From a virus, in the IMG/VR virus record IMGVR_UViG_3300010353_000347, positions 52,295-116,294 of that record: a stretch of DNA of 64,000 nt; one strand, 5' to 3'. The notes under the pieces are model-generated. The model made no database searches. It was not told the origin of the DNA and worked only from the letters and a program-made list of their open reading frames with translations. How positions within the stretch are numbered: position 1 is the stretch's first letter; every line of letters begins with the position of its first letter. The position numbers were made by a program, and so were the translations under genes. This document shows, piece after piece, positions 34,604 through 44,877 of this stretch.

Positions 34604-35840
34604 TGACTTTTCCTGTCCCCTGTGTCCCCTCGATACCGGCATCCTCGCGGTACCCTGTACGGGTGAGGGTTAGCTGTGATAGGTACTTCCCATCCGAAAT
34701 CGTGTCTTTGATCTGCTGCACGAGCCAGAGGCCGGAGGTGTAGTGTACCTTTCCCTCTTTGTGGACGAAGATAACCCGAATGACAGAGAACGGTTTGAGC
34801 GTCGGATCGCCCACGATGGTCAGGGAGGCACCGAAGGTTGCGTTGTACATCTGCATGAAAGCGGACTTGGCCATTTGCTTGGCTTGATCCTCGTCTGCCA
34901 CTACACGGAGAGGGATCGCGTGCTGCCTCTCGTTTTTCGGGGCCTCGACAAGGGATAGGGGTCCGCCCAACAAGACCTTTTCAGGAGTATTGCTGTCGTG
35001 AATCTCCACTACCTTGTACTCACCCGTCCGAACGTCCATGAACGGGAGGCCCACCACCCCTGCCCCGAAGCTCTTGGCGATCATGGGGGTCATCATGGGG
35101 GAGTAGGAAACCACCTCGGACATTTTGTCGAACATGAAGTGGTACGTTTTGACAGGTGCCGCATCCATGCGAGGGGGGTGGAAGTGGATCTTCGTCTTGC
35201 CGTCGGTGTCGTCAAACCAGAACGCATACCCCCCAACCCCGTCTGACTTCCGAATAGCCCTTGGGAGGAGAACCTGCACGATAAACTGCTCGTCTGTTAG
35301 GTTCTGCTGTGTGAACTGTTTCGGGCCTACCTCTGACTTCTCCATCCAGGGGTTATCGGGCACCTCTTCCGTCTCGTCAATCTCTGTGTCCCACCCCCGC
35401 TGTGAAGCGATTTCGGCTACGATCTCGTCAATGCGCTTCTCCGTCCAGGCTACGGTTTTCTTGCGCTCTTCCCCCAGGGTTCCCATGAGGCCCTGAGTCA
35501 CCATGTTGACGTTGATCTTGGTACCCCCCACCACGTACTCAGGGGTGTATTCTGTTACAACGGCTGAGTACCAGGGTGAAAGACGCCCCTCCGTGTACCC
35601 GTATTGGAAGTAGACGGGCTCGGTGTCCAGCCCAACAAACATGGGCTCCAGGCGGTCTTTGTCCTTGTCAATCAAGTTGATCGTGGCCACGTTTCCAGCG
35701 TTGTCGGTTGTCCTAGTATAGCTGAATCCTAGCAGCGCATCGGGACGGCCATGCCGTAACGTGATAATCTCCCCCCTAACCTTGAAACGAACGTAGGCTA
35801 GGTAGGGGTTGGGGGCGTAGTCTCGTGGGGTGAGGGCCAA
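34596..35840 (-). CDS. Baseplate hub protein (gp27/late control D-like)
   Basis: FQYGY, RIDEIVAEIASQRGW, FTQQNLTDEQFI, ASLTIVGDPTL; position upstream of gp5-like gene. Confidence 0.75.
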   Translation of the reverse strand: MALTPRDYAPNPYLAYVRFKVRGEIITLRHGRPDALLGFSYTRTTDNAGNVATINLIDKDKDRLEPMFVGLDTEPVYFQYGYTEGRLSPWYSAVVTEYTPEYVVGGTKINVNMVTQGLMGTLGEERKKTVAWTEKRIDEIVAEIASQRGWDTEIDETEEVPDNPWMEKSEVGPKQFTQQNLTDEQFIVQVLLPRAIRKSDGVGGYAFWFDDTDGKTKIHFHPPRMDAAPVKTYHFMFDKMSEVVSYSPMMTPMIAKSFGAGVVGLPFMDVRTGEYKVVEIHDSNTPEKVLLGGPLSLVEAPKNERQHAIPLRVVADEDQAKQMAKSAFMQMYNATFGASLTIVGDPTLKPFSVIRVIFVHKEGKVHYTSGLWLVQQIKDTISDGKYLSQLTLTRTGYREDAGIEGTQGTGKVNA

Positions 35841-35841
35841 G

Positions 35842-36024
35842 TCAAGCTCCCGTCAACTTCAAAAAAATGAATTTCAGGATCTTGTAGACGGTCAGGACGG
35901 CCACGACAGGCCAGAGGATGATGACAACCCAACTCGTCCACTCTTTGAGGCTCGAAGGGGGGTAGCCGAGTAGCCACAGGCTGAGTCCAATTATCAGGTA
36001 AAAGGTGAACTGTGCCGCTATCAC
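35842..36024 (-). CDS. Small membrane protein
   Basis: Two hydrophobic segments, GTG start 36024. Confidence 0.5.
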   Translation of the reverse strand: MIAAQFTFYLIIGLSLWLLGYPPSSLKEWTSWVVIILWPVVAVLTVYKILKFIFLKLTGA

Positions 36025-36236
36025 ACTACCCCCTAGGGCATACAGGGTTTGAGGTACGGGTAGAAAGCAAAACAGCCGGAGGTACGGCCCCGGCTGTCCT
36101 GTAGGAGATTGCTGGCCGCGCACCCCTAGCTCTTTGGTCAGGCTTTCGGCGTGCCTCCCATTGACTTCCTGTTGGGCCGTCCGTACCCGGCTGTTTGTTG
36201 GCTACCCGGACAACCCCGGTAGCCGTGTCGAGCATA

Positions 36237-36431
36237 TCACGGCTTCTCCTCCAGCGCCCGAAGGATGGCAGCAAACTCATCGTCTGCCCCCGCCATTCCA
36301 ATGCTCCAGTCATAGGCCCAGTTTCCACACGCCTGAAGCTCCCGATTGGCGCAGGCGATGATGGCCTCCTTGTCCGCTACCGCCTTCCTAAGCCGCAGCA
36401 ACAAGACAGTTCTTCGCTCGGATTCGCTCAT
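36237..36431 (-). CDS. Hypothetical protein
   Basis: MSESERRTVLL..., GGAGGAGG SD. Confidence 0.55.
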   Translation of the reverse strand: MSESERRTVLLLRLRKAVADKEAIIACANRELQACGNWAYDWSIGMAGADDEFAAILRALEEKP

Positions 36432-36507
36432 CGCCCCTCCTCCAGCTCGCGGCGGAACGCGAGCGCGATCAAGACGAACAGGAGATTCCACGCGAGGAGG
36501 AGGGCGG

Positions 36508-36798
36508 TCATGGCTGAAACCCCAGACAGGCGAGTCCGAGTTCTTCGATGTGCCTGGACACGGCAGCGTGAATCGCCTGCGCCAACTCCAGCGGAGGGAC
36601 CCCGCACTCGACATCTGCGGCGCCCGGCAGCGTGGTCAAGAGGCCAAGCGCCTCCCGCAGCGCGGCGATCTCCTTCCGATACTCGTCAACCTTGTGCGGG
36701 CAGTATGGGCACTCGCTGTTCGACTGGCCGCAGTCCCATGCCTGAGAATCTTGTAACTCTCCGGTGTCCCTACAGACAGCACACGCTACCTCTCCCAT
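36508..36798 (-). CDS. Hypothetical protein with two CxxC pairs
   Basis: CAVCRDTG...CPYC. Confidence 0.6.
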   Translation of the reverse strand: MGEVACAVCRDTGELQDSQAWDCGQSNSECPYCPHKVDEYRKEIAALREALGLLTTLPGAADVECGVPPLELAQAIHAAVSRHIEELGLACLGFQP

Positions 36799-36814
36799 AT
36801 GTCACCCCTCCTGT

Positions 36815-37372
36815 CTACGGAAGTATATCACTTTTAGAACCCGACCACCTACGCAGCCCCCACTCGAACCCGTCCGCGAAGAGGTCAGGAGAGCCGACAC
36901 AAACCTGCCCTCCCCCAATCTGCCAGAACGTGGGGGAGGGGGCGGGGGGCTCTAAAGGACGGGCCACGTAGGCGCACCTTTGGTCAACCCGACCATCCCT
37001 GCAAAGGTAGTCTAGGCACAGTAAACACGGCCTCTCTCCAGCGCAAGAAACGTCGTAGGGGATCTCCCTCATGTAGGTATCGCTTTGTCCGGGCAGTAGG
37101 GTTACCAGAGGAGATTGCCTGTAGCTCACGTAACCGTAAACCGGACCCCGCCAGTAGTAAAAGTGCAGACGGAACTCGTTATACGCTGAGGAGGAAAATC
37201 GGGCTGATAACGAATCCAGCCTCCAAGGTACCCAACCTGGATAACCGGGGTAGGGGGGCTCCGGGGCCGGTGGGATCGTCCATGTTAGGGAGACGGGGGA
37301 CAGGGGTGTATGTTCTGCCCAAGCGACGGAGCATAGAGCAAACAGGACTATTGATGTCGCAAATAGCTTCAC
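36815..37372 (-). CDS. Secreted hypothetical protein
   Basis: Signal peptide MKLFATSIVLFALCSVAWA; Pro/aromatic-rich. Confidence 0.6.
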   Translation of the reverse strand: MKLFATSIVLFALCSVAWAEHTPLSPVSLTWTIPPAPEPPYPGYPGWVPWRLDSLSARFSSSAYNEFRLHFYYWRGPVYGYVSYRQSPLVTLLPGQSDTYMREIPYDVSCAGERPCLLCLDYLCRDGRVDQRCAYVARPLEPPAPSPTFWQIGGGQVCVGSPDLFADGFEWGLRRWSGSKSDILP

Positions 37373-37381
37373 GAACCCACC

Positions 37382-37465
37382 TCAGTCATTCCAACGCTTG
37401 TCAAGGTACCAAGCAAGGGAAAAGCACCCCACCACCACCCCCACCGCAGCCAGAAGGAAAGCCAT
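37382..37465 (-). CDS. 27-aa membrane peptide
   Basis: Hand translation MAFLLAAVGVVVGCFSLAWYLDKRWND, GGAGG SD. Confidence 0.5.
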   Translation of the reverse strand: MAFLLAAVGVVVGCFSLAWYLDKRWND

Positions 37466-37466
37466 G

Positions 37467-37682
37467 TTACGCCTCCGTTTCCCTGTCAAACGCGGCTACT
37501 ACGGTAATTGCCTTGGCAGCTAGACTAACCGCGTCTTTTCGATTCCTACAAGACCCAAGCAACAGGTCAACAACCTTAGCTGCTGGTTCCGTCTCGTAGG
37601 CCCCCTGCTTCTCCATCATAGCATAGGCTTCGTCCAGGGAGTCAAGAGCGGCAAGCCGTAACCGCCTAACTTGTGTACTCAC
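37467..37682 (-). CDS. Hypothetical protein
   Basis: 71 aa co-oriented operon ORF. Confidence 0.55.
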   Translation of the reverse strand: MSTQVRRLRLAALDSLDEAYAMMEKQGAYETEPAAKVVDLLLGSCRNRKDAVSLAAKAITVVAAFDRETEA

Positions 37683-37980
37683 GGATTCTCCTCCCGTTGG
37701 GCCTCATTAGGGGTATCCCTCTGTCCGCCAGGAATTTCCTTCTGGCTTTGGATACCGCTCCGTTTACGTTGTCGCTCTCGTGACCATACAGGCGCATAGA
37801 GAGGTAAGTTGGGGTCGGGTACAAGCCGTAGCTCCATAGCCAAGAACACGCCCTGTAGGCTCTCTCGTGCTTGTTCTCTCCCGGCCTCACCTCATCCTTC
37901 GGAATCACGACAAACGGCATCGTCTTGAACTTCTTACTTCTCGGGGATTCCACCTCCGCCCATTCACTTATCCAGTCCAT
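37666..37980 (-). CDS. Basic hypothetical protein
   Basis: MDWISEWAEV..., co-oriented operon ORF. Confidence 0.55.
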   Translation of the reverse strand: MDWISEWAEVESPRSKKFKTMPFVVIPKDEVRPGENKHERAYRACSWLWSYGLYPTPTYLSMRLYGHESDNVNGAVSKARRKFLADRGIPLMRPNGRRIREYTS

Positions 37981-37981
37981 G

Positions 37982-38386
37982 CTACCCCCTAGCGTCCTCA
38001 CGGTACGGCGCGGCTTTCTCGATGGCAGCATCAAGCTGTCTGACCACGAGGAGGATTTTCTTCCTTGTGTCTGCCACCCCCGTAGTCATTGGTGGGTGTG
38101 CGAGGTCGTCTAGGAGCCATGAAGCGTTCACACACGCCTGTAGGAGGTCGAAAGCCGCAGCAAAGAGCGTAGCGTTTGCAAGCGCAACAGCATCCCCGAT
38201 CTCCATGTTGTCGTCGGAGCCGTAAACCGTGGCAAGGGCGTCCCACTTGTCGTACCCTAACCTATGTTCACCACAAGGGGCGTCGATATCGTACTCGTGA
38301 GGGTTCCTACTCACTACGGCAAGCGGCCCCTGAGTCGGGTGTGTGATTGCAACAGGGGCTAAGGACTTTTCCCTTCCGCGTGGCAT
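37982..38386 (-). CDS. Hypothetical protein
   Basis: MPRGREKS..., contains ANATLFAAAFDLLQAC phage-common motif. Confidence 0.6.
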   Translation of the reverse strand: MPRGREKSLAPVAITHPTQGPLAVVSRNPHEYDIDAPCGEHRLGYDKWDALATVYGSDDNMEIGDAVALANATLFAAAFDLLQACVNASWLLDDLAHPPMTTGVADTRKKILLVVRQLDAAIEKAAPYREDARG

Positions 38387-38592
38387 AGCTACTCCCTCAA
38401 TACCGGAGCCGGGAGGGTGCCCTCCCCCGACTGACAAAGGTGTAGGCCGTCAGGCTCTCGATCTCCAGACATCCCTCCTCATGGTATCCAAGGAATTGGA
38501 TTCTCTCTCGGAGGATTCGGTTCTCCTCCGTCACGGCCTCCAACTCCTCCTCCAAGAGGCGAACCCTGTCCTCCAGGTATCTGGCAGAGGGT

Positions 38593-38874
38593 CTACTCAC
38601 CGTGGGCCTCCAGGATCGTTCTCAGGTTGGCCAAGGTAGCATCGGTGTCGATTAGCATATCCTCTTTGCCCGTGTCCCCTGCCAGGAACCAATCCGCGTC
38701 GTGAAGCAACTCAGAGGCTAGGCTCACGACGGTTGCAACGAGGTGGAGCCTTTCCACAACCTTGGGGTTGTATTCCTCCGGGAACTCGGCAGAGTACTTA
38801 CCCGCCTCCTCGTGGAGGGTGTCTGCCGCGTCGCTAATCCGGTACTGTAGGTAGTCGAAGGTTCCGCCGCTCAT
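38593..38874 (-). CDS. Conserved phage hypothetical protein
   Basis: MSGGTFDYLQYRI...LLHDADWFLAGDTGKE. Confidence 0.7.
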   Translation of the reverse strand: MSGGTFDYLQYRISDAADTLHEEAGKYSAEFPEEYNPKVVERLHLVATVVSLASELLHDADWFLAGDTGKEDMLIDTDATLANLRTILEAHGE

Positions 38875-39068
38875 GGGTTGCCCCCAATCACAGCAGCCTC
38901 GTGACGGCGCATCACACCACGCGCCTCACGGAACCACTCGTCTGCCACGTCTGCCACGGTGGCAGGGTCGGTGCCACGCTTCAGAGCGGTCCTCACGGTG
39001 GCGAGTGCCGAAGTAGCAAGACCCAAGGCGGTGAAGAGTTCAAAGATGATTTCGTCTTTGTCGTTCAT
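38871..39068 (-). CDS. Hypothetical protein
   Basis: 65 aa, first gene after promoter cassette copy 3. Confidence 0.65.
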   Translation of the reverse strand: MNDKDEIIFELFTALGLATSALATVRTALKRGTDPATVADVADEWFREARGVMRRHEAAVIGGNP

Positions 39069-39127
39069 GGTTTGTCCCTCCCTTCACCTGAGACACTACC
39101 ATAACCTTTTCGTAGTGTCAACCCCCC
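39069..39127 (-). promoter_or_regulatory. Early-type promoter-RBS cassette copy 3
   Basis: TTGACA-CTACGAAAAGGTTATGG-TAGTGT-CTCAGGTGAAGGGAGGG; 52 bp identical to copy 5. Confidence 0.85.
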
Positions 39128-39132
39128 ACAGC

Positions 39133-39339
39133 TTACGACTCGTCTGCCCCACGCTTCATGTCACGAGCTACGTAGGTAAGAGCCCGCTGCAAGTCAGTTA
39201 GGTCAGCGAGAGAGATACTGATAACCTCTCCTCCCTGCTCTAGGTTTATGAGGCTGTCCGCTTCGGGGTGTGCATACACGGAAATCGGATCAAGCGTGTC
39301 GGAAAGCTCTAGCTTGTACGTCTTGCTCACCTTAGCCAT
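39133..39339 (-). CDS. Hypothetical protein
   Basis: 68 aa co-oriented. Confidence 0.55.
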   Translation of the reverse strand: MAKVSKTYKLELSDTLDPISVYAHPEADSLINLEQGGEVISISLADLTDLQRALTYVARDMKRGADES

Positions 39340-39535
39340 TTTTTGTCTCCTCGTCTGGGGTTTCCTGTTCTATTACCAGGATTCCGTGATCTGGGAATTC
39401 GGCCTCAGCCTCTTCCCTCGTTTCGTACACGAGCAACGCTCCCACACCCGGACCTCGCACAGGGAGGGGGAGAAGGGAGGTAAAAAACTCCTCCCACTTG
39501 TGGATCGCCATAGGCACGTAGTAGGGCTTTCTCAT
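39332..39535 (-). CDS. Hypothetical protein
   Basis: MRKPYY..., TAATG coupling; LLVYETREEAEAEF motif. Confidence 0.6.
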   Translation of the reverse strand: MRKPYYVPMAIHKWEEFFTSLLPLPVRGPGVGALLVYETREEAEAEFPDHGILVIEQETPDEETKNG

Positions 39536-39969
39536 TAGGTGTCCAACCACGTTAGGAGGTGAACCTTCTTCCCGTACAGAGCCTCCAGGGCGGTCACAAT
39601 GCCAAGCCCCTCCTGAGTCAAACTGTCTCGTGTCGCTTTCCAGTATTCTCCCGCTTCTGTGTCCCACCCCGACCACCCGGTTGATCCCAAGAGGACAGAG
39701 GCCAACAGAGGAACGGAAATGTACCTCTCCAGGGAGCAAGCGATCTTGGGGCTTGTGTTCCGCATGAAGGGGAAAAGCTGCCCCTCCCAGGCATCGTGAG
39801 CCTCCCTTTCCCTGTCCATGTCCTCTAGGCTGGTCGGGGGTTCCGTCGGCTTCGGCCTGGGGTTCTCGCTGTCGTCAATCAGGGATTCGGCCATCGGGAA
39901 GTAGCTGTACCCGCCAAAGCAAATGGGCCAACGCTTGTCGAAGTCCTCATCCTCCAGAACGACGGCCAT
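39535..39969 (-). CDS. Hypothetical protein
   Basis: MAVVLEDED..., GGGGTG SD. Confidence 0.6.
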   Translation of the reverse strand: MAVVLEDEDFDKRWPICFGGYSYFPMAESLIDDSENPRPKPTEPPTSLEDMDREREAHDAWEGQLFPFMRNTSPKIACSLERYISVPLLASVLLGSTGWSGWDTEAGEYWKATRDSLTQEGLGIVTALEALYGKKVHLLTWLDT

Positions 39970-40053
39970 GACAAACACCCCCCCTCTCGGGAGTTCTCGT
40001 AGCGGGGATCGTGAACAGGGAAGTTCACGAAACCGTTGCACTCCTCCGACCGT

Positions 40054-40278
40054 CTACCCGTCTCTCGCTTCGCCATCGCCTTCCCTCCAGAACATTTCGA
40101 CCTCGCAGTCCATTGGGTAGTGTCTCAGGGCGAGGAAGAGGTTGTCAAGTAGCTCGATGGGCACCTTGACAAATTTTGTTTTCGGGTGGAGCCTAGCTCG
40201 TGCTGTCGCATGGAAGATTCGGAATGCTGCCTCTCCTAAGAGGCTAATCGCCCGCTTCCTCTCTCGGGGTAGTGTCAT
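40054..40278 (-). CDS. Hypothetical protein
   Basis: 74 aa co-oriented. Confidence 0.5.
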   Translation of the reverse strand: MTLPRERKRAISLLGEAAFRIFHATARARLHPKTKFVKVPIELLDNLFLALRHYPMDCEVEMFWREGDGEARDG

Positions 40279-40529
40279 CCCTTGTCACCCTCCGTGGGGG
40301 GCAAGGCGGAGTCCTTGGCGGCTGGCCGTAGAACCGAGTCGTAGACGTAGGTGGTACCACCGTACCCGGCGTAGATCGGCCCCACTTTTTTCCTGAACTC
40401 GATGATTACGTGGTACTCCTCCCCACACTTGGCGCACGCCCAGGGGTAGACACAGGGATAGAGGACTTGGATTGCGGGGCCGTCTGACTCTTCCGCGCAA
40501 CAGGGGCACAGGTAGGGAATCTTCTGCAT
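40275..40529 (-). CDS. Zn-ribbon hypothetical protein
   Basis: CPCC...CAKC; GGAGG SD; promoter TTGACT-N17-TAGGCT at 40554-40582. Confidence 0.6.
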   Translation of the reverse strand: MQKIPYLCPCCAEESDGPAIQVLYPCVYPWACAKCGEEYHVIIEFRKKVGPIYAGYGGTTYVYDSVLRPAAKDSALPPTEGDKG

Positions 40530-40602
40530 ACGACTACCTCCACGACGGCATGAAGCCTATCATGTGGTATCGTAAAAGTCAAGTTGTGGGGGCGCTTCGG
40601 GT

Positions 40603-40935
40603 TTAGGCGAGCCTCGTCCCAAAGACGTAGTTCGTGGACGGTATCCTCAGCACCTTGCCGGATACTACGTCCTTGAAGGGGTGGAAAATCTCGTTCGCCT
40701 CTGCCACTACCCACCACAGGAGGGCGGAGCCGTAATACTCGTGGGCTATCAGGTCAAGCCGACCCTCTTCCCCCGACCCTACCTCGTGGTACTTGTCCTC
40801 AGCGGAGTAGGGGTACTCGTGAGAGTAGTAGGTGGCGAAGAACTCCTGGTCGTCATCAAACAGGATAGGCCACCTCCTGAATCGGGAGGTTCCGTCGGGG
40901 TACAGCTTCTTCGTCGGGATTAGTTCGTCTGTCAT
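40603..40935 (-). CDS. LysM-like baseplate wedge protein (gp53/tail X-like)
   Basis: RLDLIAHEYYGSALLWWVVAEANEIFHPF...GKVLRIP. Confidence 0.88.
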   Translation of the reverse strand: MTDELIPTKKLYPDGTSRFRRWPILFDDDQEFFATYYSHEYPYSAEDKYHEVGSGEEGRLDLIAHEYYGSALLWWVVAEANEIFHPFKDVVSGKVLRIPSTNYVFGTRLA

Positions 40936-41456
40936 GCTAGCCCTGCCTGTGTCATGCCCATGCGAACCTCCTCATAGCCCTTCGGGATGTCGTCTACTTC
41001 GCTGAATGAAACGGTCACCTTGGCATTGTAGGCCAACCCGGTGTGAACGTCGTAGGGGTCAGAGTATGTCACAGAAACCGATCCGACAATGGCGGTGAAC
41101 GATACCTGATTCCCGATATGCACGAGAACACGGTGGGGAGGCTTGATAGCTCCGCCGCTGTAGTCAGGGTAGGCTAGGGAAAGAAAGAAGTCACACGCCT
41201 TCTTTACGTCCTCCGGGGTCGTGTCGTCCTCTTGCTCGACGGAAGTGTGGAAGTTGAAGGTGTAGTTCAACGTCCTGCTACCCGAGTAACTGTACCCGTA
41301 GATCGGAGAGCTTCGGCCAATGATGTTCGTAGGCGTCCAAGTCGGAGTCTTGGAGTCCGTATAGTTAGCCATAATGGCGTGGGCTTCCATCTTATCGCCC
41401 GTCTCGATATCCTTAACCCAAATATGCCGACGAACGGCCCTTGCAGCGAATGACAC
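40932..41456 (-). CDS. Tail tube initiator / CIS-tube-like protein
   Basis: IIGRSSPIYGYSYSGSRTLNYTFNF...AYPDY...PPHRVLVHIG; between tape measure and LysM gene. Confidence 0.75.
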   Translation of the reverse strand: MSFAARAVRRHIWVKDIETGDKMEAHAIMANYTDSKTPTWTPTNIIGRSSPIYGYSYSGSRTLNYTFNFHTSVEQEDDTTPEDVKKACDFFLSLAYPDYSGGAIKPPHRVLVHIGNQVSFTAIVGSVSVTYSDPYDVHTGLAYNAKVTVSFSEVDDIPKGYEEVRMGMTQAGLA

Positions 41457-41459
41457 AGG

Positions 41460-44400
41460 TTACCTCCCGAATGCCGCTATCGAATCGGTCGCCTCTGCGA
41501 AAGCTGACCGCTGGAAAGTGTTACTTACAGGGTTTGCAGCGACGGTAGTGGTCAGGACAGCTAGGATCTGCTCTAGCAGGTTCGCTTGTGTCCCTCCCGT
41601 AGATCGTACCGCCTCGACAACCTCTGTCTGCTCTAGGCCGGAAGTCGTCTCTCTCAGAGAAGCGATCTGGTCAGCCCCGAATCCCTCACCCCCGAGCTTG
41701 TCCTGGATATCCGCGTACCTACCCATGATCTTGGGGACATAGGCTTGCGTTTCCTTCGGCAGGACAGAAAGGTCGCCCGTCTGTGCGTATCTACGCACCG
41801 CCTTGGAGTTCGGGCCAGCGTTGTACGCCGCAAGAGCAACCTCGACCGATCCAAACTGTTGGAGAAGTTGCTTAAAATAGCGTGTCCCGGCCTCTGTGGA
41901 CTTGGCGGGGTCAAAGAAGTCTTGATCCTTGTGGAGCCCTAGATCCTTCCCCGTCCCTGGCATGATCTGGAATAGGCCCCTGGCCCCGGCACCGGATACT
42001 GCGTTTGGGTCTCCGCCTGATTCCTGCTGCATCATCGCCATAGCGAGCATGGGGTCAATATGACTGTGCTGTTGGATCGTATCCCACCACTTACCGCCCC
42101 GGATGCCGGATAGGTCGCCCATTGGCCGTCCTAGCGACGTAGCTAGGTTAGGGGGGGTAGTACCCTGCTCTACGGTTGCTGGAGTGTTCCTCGCCGCTGC
42201 CCTAGCTGCTGACCGATCCGCACCGACTTTCTCAAAGCCAGAGAGGGAGTCCATCGTCGCATCAAACCCGGCCACTACCCTCTCGGATACCCAGTCCGCT
42301 GCACCCTTCAACGGCTTCGTGACGATCTTGTACAGGGACGACACTTTCTCCCACAGAGGTCCGAGGTACTTATCGAACGCCCCGGTTATCCATGTCGTGA
42401 AAGTTTCCCAATGCCCCTTTAGCTCAGCTAGACCCTTTTTCCAGTCGTCTACTACCCACTTGAACGCCTTACCTAGCTTCTCCCAGATTGCGACTCCCAA
42501 CCCCTCTAGGACGTTCTTGACTCTCTTTGCCCGGCCAATGAAGCCGTCCATTTTTCCACCGGCTTCCCACAGGGACTTGCCGAATCCGATAACGGCTTCC
42601 CCTATCAACCCAATGACGATACCGACACCACTCGCCTTACCAAGCCACTTCATGCCCGTCAAGAGAGAGCCCCACCGGAAACCGGATACGATACGTCCGA
42701 AAGTAGAGAGCTTCGAGCTAGCGGTTACAATTTTCGGTGTCATACCCATGAGGCTACGGGAAAGGTCGCCCGTTGACTTAGCCATCCGTGCTGTCGTGGC
42801 CGCTGTTGTGGTAGCTGCCGGTGTGGCACCTAACCCGAAGAGCTTCCCGAGTGCAGTAGTCGCCTTTTGGACACCACCCGCCGCAAAGAGTTTTTTCAGG
42901 GGCCACATGACCGCCTTACCGATGTCCTTACCGAAGTACATGAGGGCGATACTGCTCAGTACGTTGGCAGTATCCCTCACCCCCTGCGGAGCATTGAGCC
43001 ATTGCTGTGCCAGGGAGGTAGAGAGGTCAGAGAACTTCTGGAGCGGCCCGTCTACAATCCGTTGGATTGTGCTTCCCATATCCCTGAACAAGGCCCCCGT
43101 CATATTGGCCCACCGCTTCGTGCTTGTGGTCAGGGCATCTTCGATAGGCTCTGTTGGTTCTGCCCCCGTGAGGACTGTCTCCGTCTTTAGCTGCGAGGCG
43201 GTTTTCGTCGCGTCTTTCTTCTGTGTCTCCCCCACCTCTAACATCTTCAGGATGTCGTCTGACTTCATCCCGGACAGTTGCGGGAGCATCTGGTAGAGGA
43301 GCATCTGGAACTGGTCAGAGGTTCTTTCCACCCCCTGGAACCTCTGCTGGACTTCCTGAGTGATCCTATCGTAGATTTCAGAGGACTTGCCCTGCCGAGC
43401 CATCATGGATAGCTCCTGGGTGGACATACCCAGGAAGGATGCCATCTTGGCAGTAGCTATGGCACTATCCTGCCCACCGTAAGCACCCGCAGAAAACTTC
43501 TTTAGCATATCGGTGACTTCGGAGGTGCGAAGGCTCTGCCCCGCTTGGTCGAAGGCTGCGACGGTAGCAGCGATTTCCTGCATCGTGCCCATCCGTTCTT
43601 CCCGAGACAGGCGGCGAACGTAGTCAGCCGATTCTACCATACCCTTCATAATCTCGGCAGAGGATTTCGTCGTCTGCTGAGCGAGCTTCTGAGCCGTAGC
43701 CAGCATCTCAGGAGCCTTGTCGAAGCTGATTTTGAGGTCACGATTCAACGTATTGAGCGTGGAGATAGCCTCTGGAGCCGCAACCCCTAGGGCTGTGTGA
43801 AGCATCATCCCCACCCTACCCGCTGCCTCAATATCAGCTAGGTTGCGCCTGTCCCCGATGATTACGAGGTCTCGGAGTAGCTGCTGGTACAGGTCGTTGT
43901 CGTAGAGAAAACCTTTTTCCGCTTGGAGAGAGCGTGCAACGGGGCCAACGAGCTTCTTCACCTCCGCTTCGCTCATCCCCCCTTCTACATTCAGCCGCTT
44001 GGCCTTGTAGTAGTCCTGGTCAGCCGCTAGAGCCGCCATCCAGGGAGAGGACTTCACGATCTTGTCAGGGAGGTCTTGGATTGCGCGAATCAGCTTGTCT
44101 GTAGGTGACTCTTCCCCAACCCCCCTACCATGCGAACCCCCACGGCGACCCCCGAAACCCCCCCTCTCGGAGGTTCCGTCCATGTCGTCCGCTATCTCAC
44201 GAGAAGAGACAGCGGCCCGCTTGAACGAGTCCTCAAACTCACGGGCCTGACTTGTGACCCGCTCCAAATTATTGGATAGTTTGACTTGCTGAGCCCTCGC
44301 CTCTTCGTATAGGTCTTTGATCTCCGCTTGGGAGAGGAGGGTGATATCCCTCCCCATGCGTTTGGCATAGTCTTTGGCGAATGCCTCTCTCCCTGCCAGG

Positions 44401-44675
44401 GAGTCTAGCACCCCAAGGGACTCGACGCCTCTCTCATGCAGAATGGAAGCGAGGGACTGTAGGCCGGAGTGGATATCCCCGAGTGTCGATTTGAGTTGGG
44501 CGTCTACCGCACCTACCTGCCCCTCTGCGATCTTCTGGAACGCCCCCAGCATGGAGAGGACACCCTCACTCCCCTGAGAGAAGGACTGTAGTAGAGGCTC
44601 GGTATCGAAGCCGACGGCAAAACGAACGGCCCCCATAACGGAGGCTCCTGTGGTCGCTTGTGGGGCTCTAGCCAT
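41460..44675 (-). CDS. Tape measure protein with C-terminal lytic transglycosylase (SLT) domain
   Basis: Helical Ala/Gly-rich body; MMQQESGGDPNAVSGAGARGLFQIMP...ALAAYNAG...ETQAYV. Confidence 0.9.
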   Translation of the reverse strand: MARAPQATTGASVMGAVRFAVGFDTEPLLQSFSQGSEGVLSMLGAFQKIAEGQVGAVDAQLKSTLGDIHSGLQSLASILHERGVESLGVLDSLAGREAFAKDYAKRMGRDITLLSQAEIKDLYEEARAQQVKLSNNLERVTSQAREFEDSFKRAAVSSREIADDMDGTSERGGFGGRRGGSHGRGVGEESPTDKLIRAIQDLPDKIVKSSPWMAALAADQDYYKAKRLNVEGGMSEAEVKKLVGPVARSLQAEKGFLYDNDLYQQLLRDLVIIGDRRNLADIEAAGRVGMMLHTALGVAAPEAISTLNTLNRDLKISFDKAPEMLATAQKLAQQTTKSSAEIMKGMVESADYVRRLSREERMGTMQEIAATVAAFDQAGQSLRTSEVTDMLKKFSAGAYGGQDSAIATAKMASFLGMSTQELSMMARQGKSSEIYDRITQEVQQRFQGVERTSDQFQMLLYQMLPQLSGMKSDDILKMLEVGETQKKDATKTASQLKTETVLTGAEPTEPIEDALTTSTKRWANMTGALFRDMGSTIQRIVDGPLQKFSDLSTSLAQQWLNAPQGVRDTANVLSSIALMYFGKDIGKAVMWPLKKLFAAGGVQKATTALGKLFGLGATPAATTTAATTARMAKSTGDLSRSLMGMTPKIVTASSKLSTFGRIVSGFRWGSLLTGMKWLGKASGVGIVIGLIGEAVIGFGKSLWEAGGKMDGFIGRAKRVKNVLEGLGVAIWEKLGKAFKWVVDDWKKGLAELKGHWETFTTWITGAFDKYLGPLWEKVSSLYKIVTKPLKGAADWVSERVVAGFDATMDSLSGFEKVGADRSAARAAARNTPATVEQGTTPPNLATSLGRPMGDLSGIRGGKWWDTIQQHSHIDPMLAMAMMQQESGGDPNAVSGAGARGLFQIMPGTGKDLGLHKDQDFFDPAKSTEAGTRYFKQLLQQFGSVEVALAAYNAGPNSKAVRRYAQTGDLSVLPKETQAYVPKIMGRYADIQDKLGGEGFGADQIASLRETTSGLEQTEVVEAVRSTGGTQANLLEQILAVLTTTVAANPVSNTFQRSAFAEATDSIAAFGR

Positions 44676-44877
44676 AGGGTTGTGGTCCGGGCACAAAATG
44701 GGGGAACGGCGCTGTGTGTACCCGATTCCTTCACTAGGATACAGGGGGCGCATAAAGGGGGGGTTTGCCTTTGTGGGGTTTTTGGTATTCCGTTACGTTT
44801 GTTGTGGGTACCTACCCGATTGGGTAGTAGACGGGGGGTTGGGTTGTGTTAGGATGGCATCCGAAGGGAGGCACAGC

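Noticed and set aside
37385-37415. TTGACA promoter upstream of 36815..37372
   Set aside because: No matching -10, and the hexamer lies inside the 27-aa membrane peptide ORF
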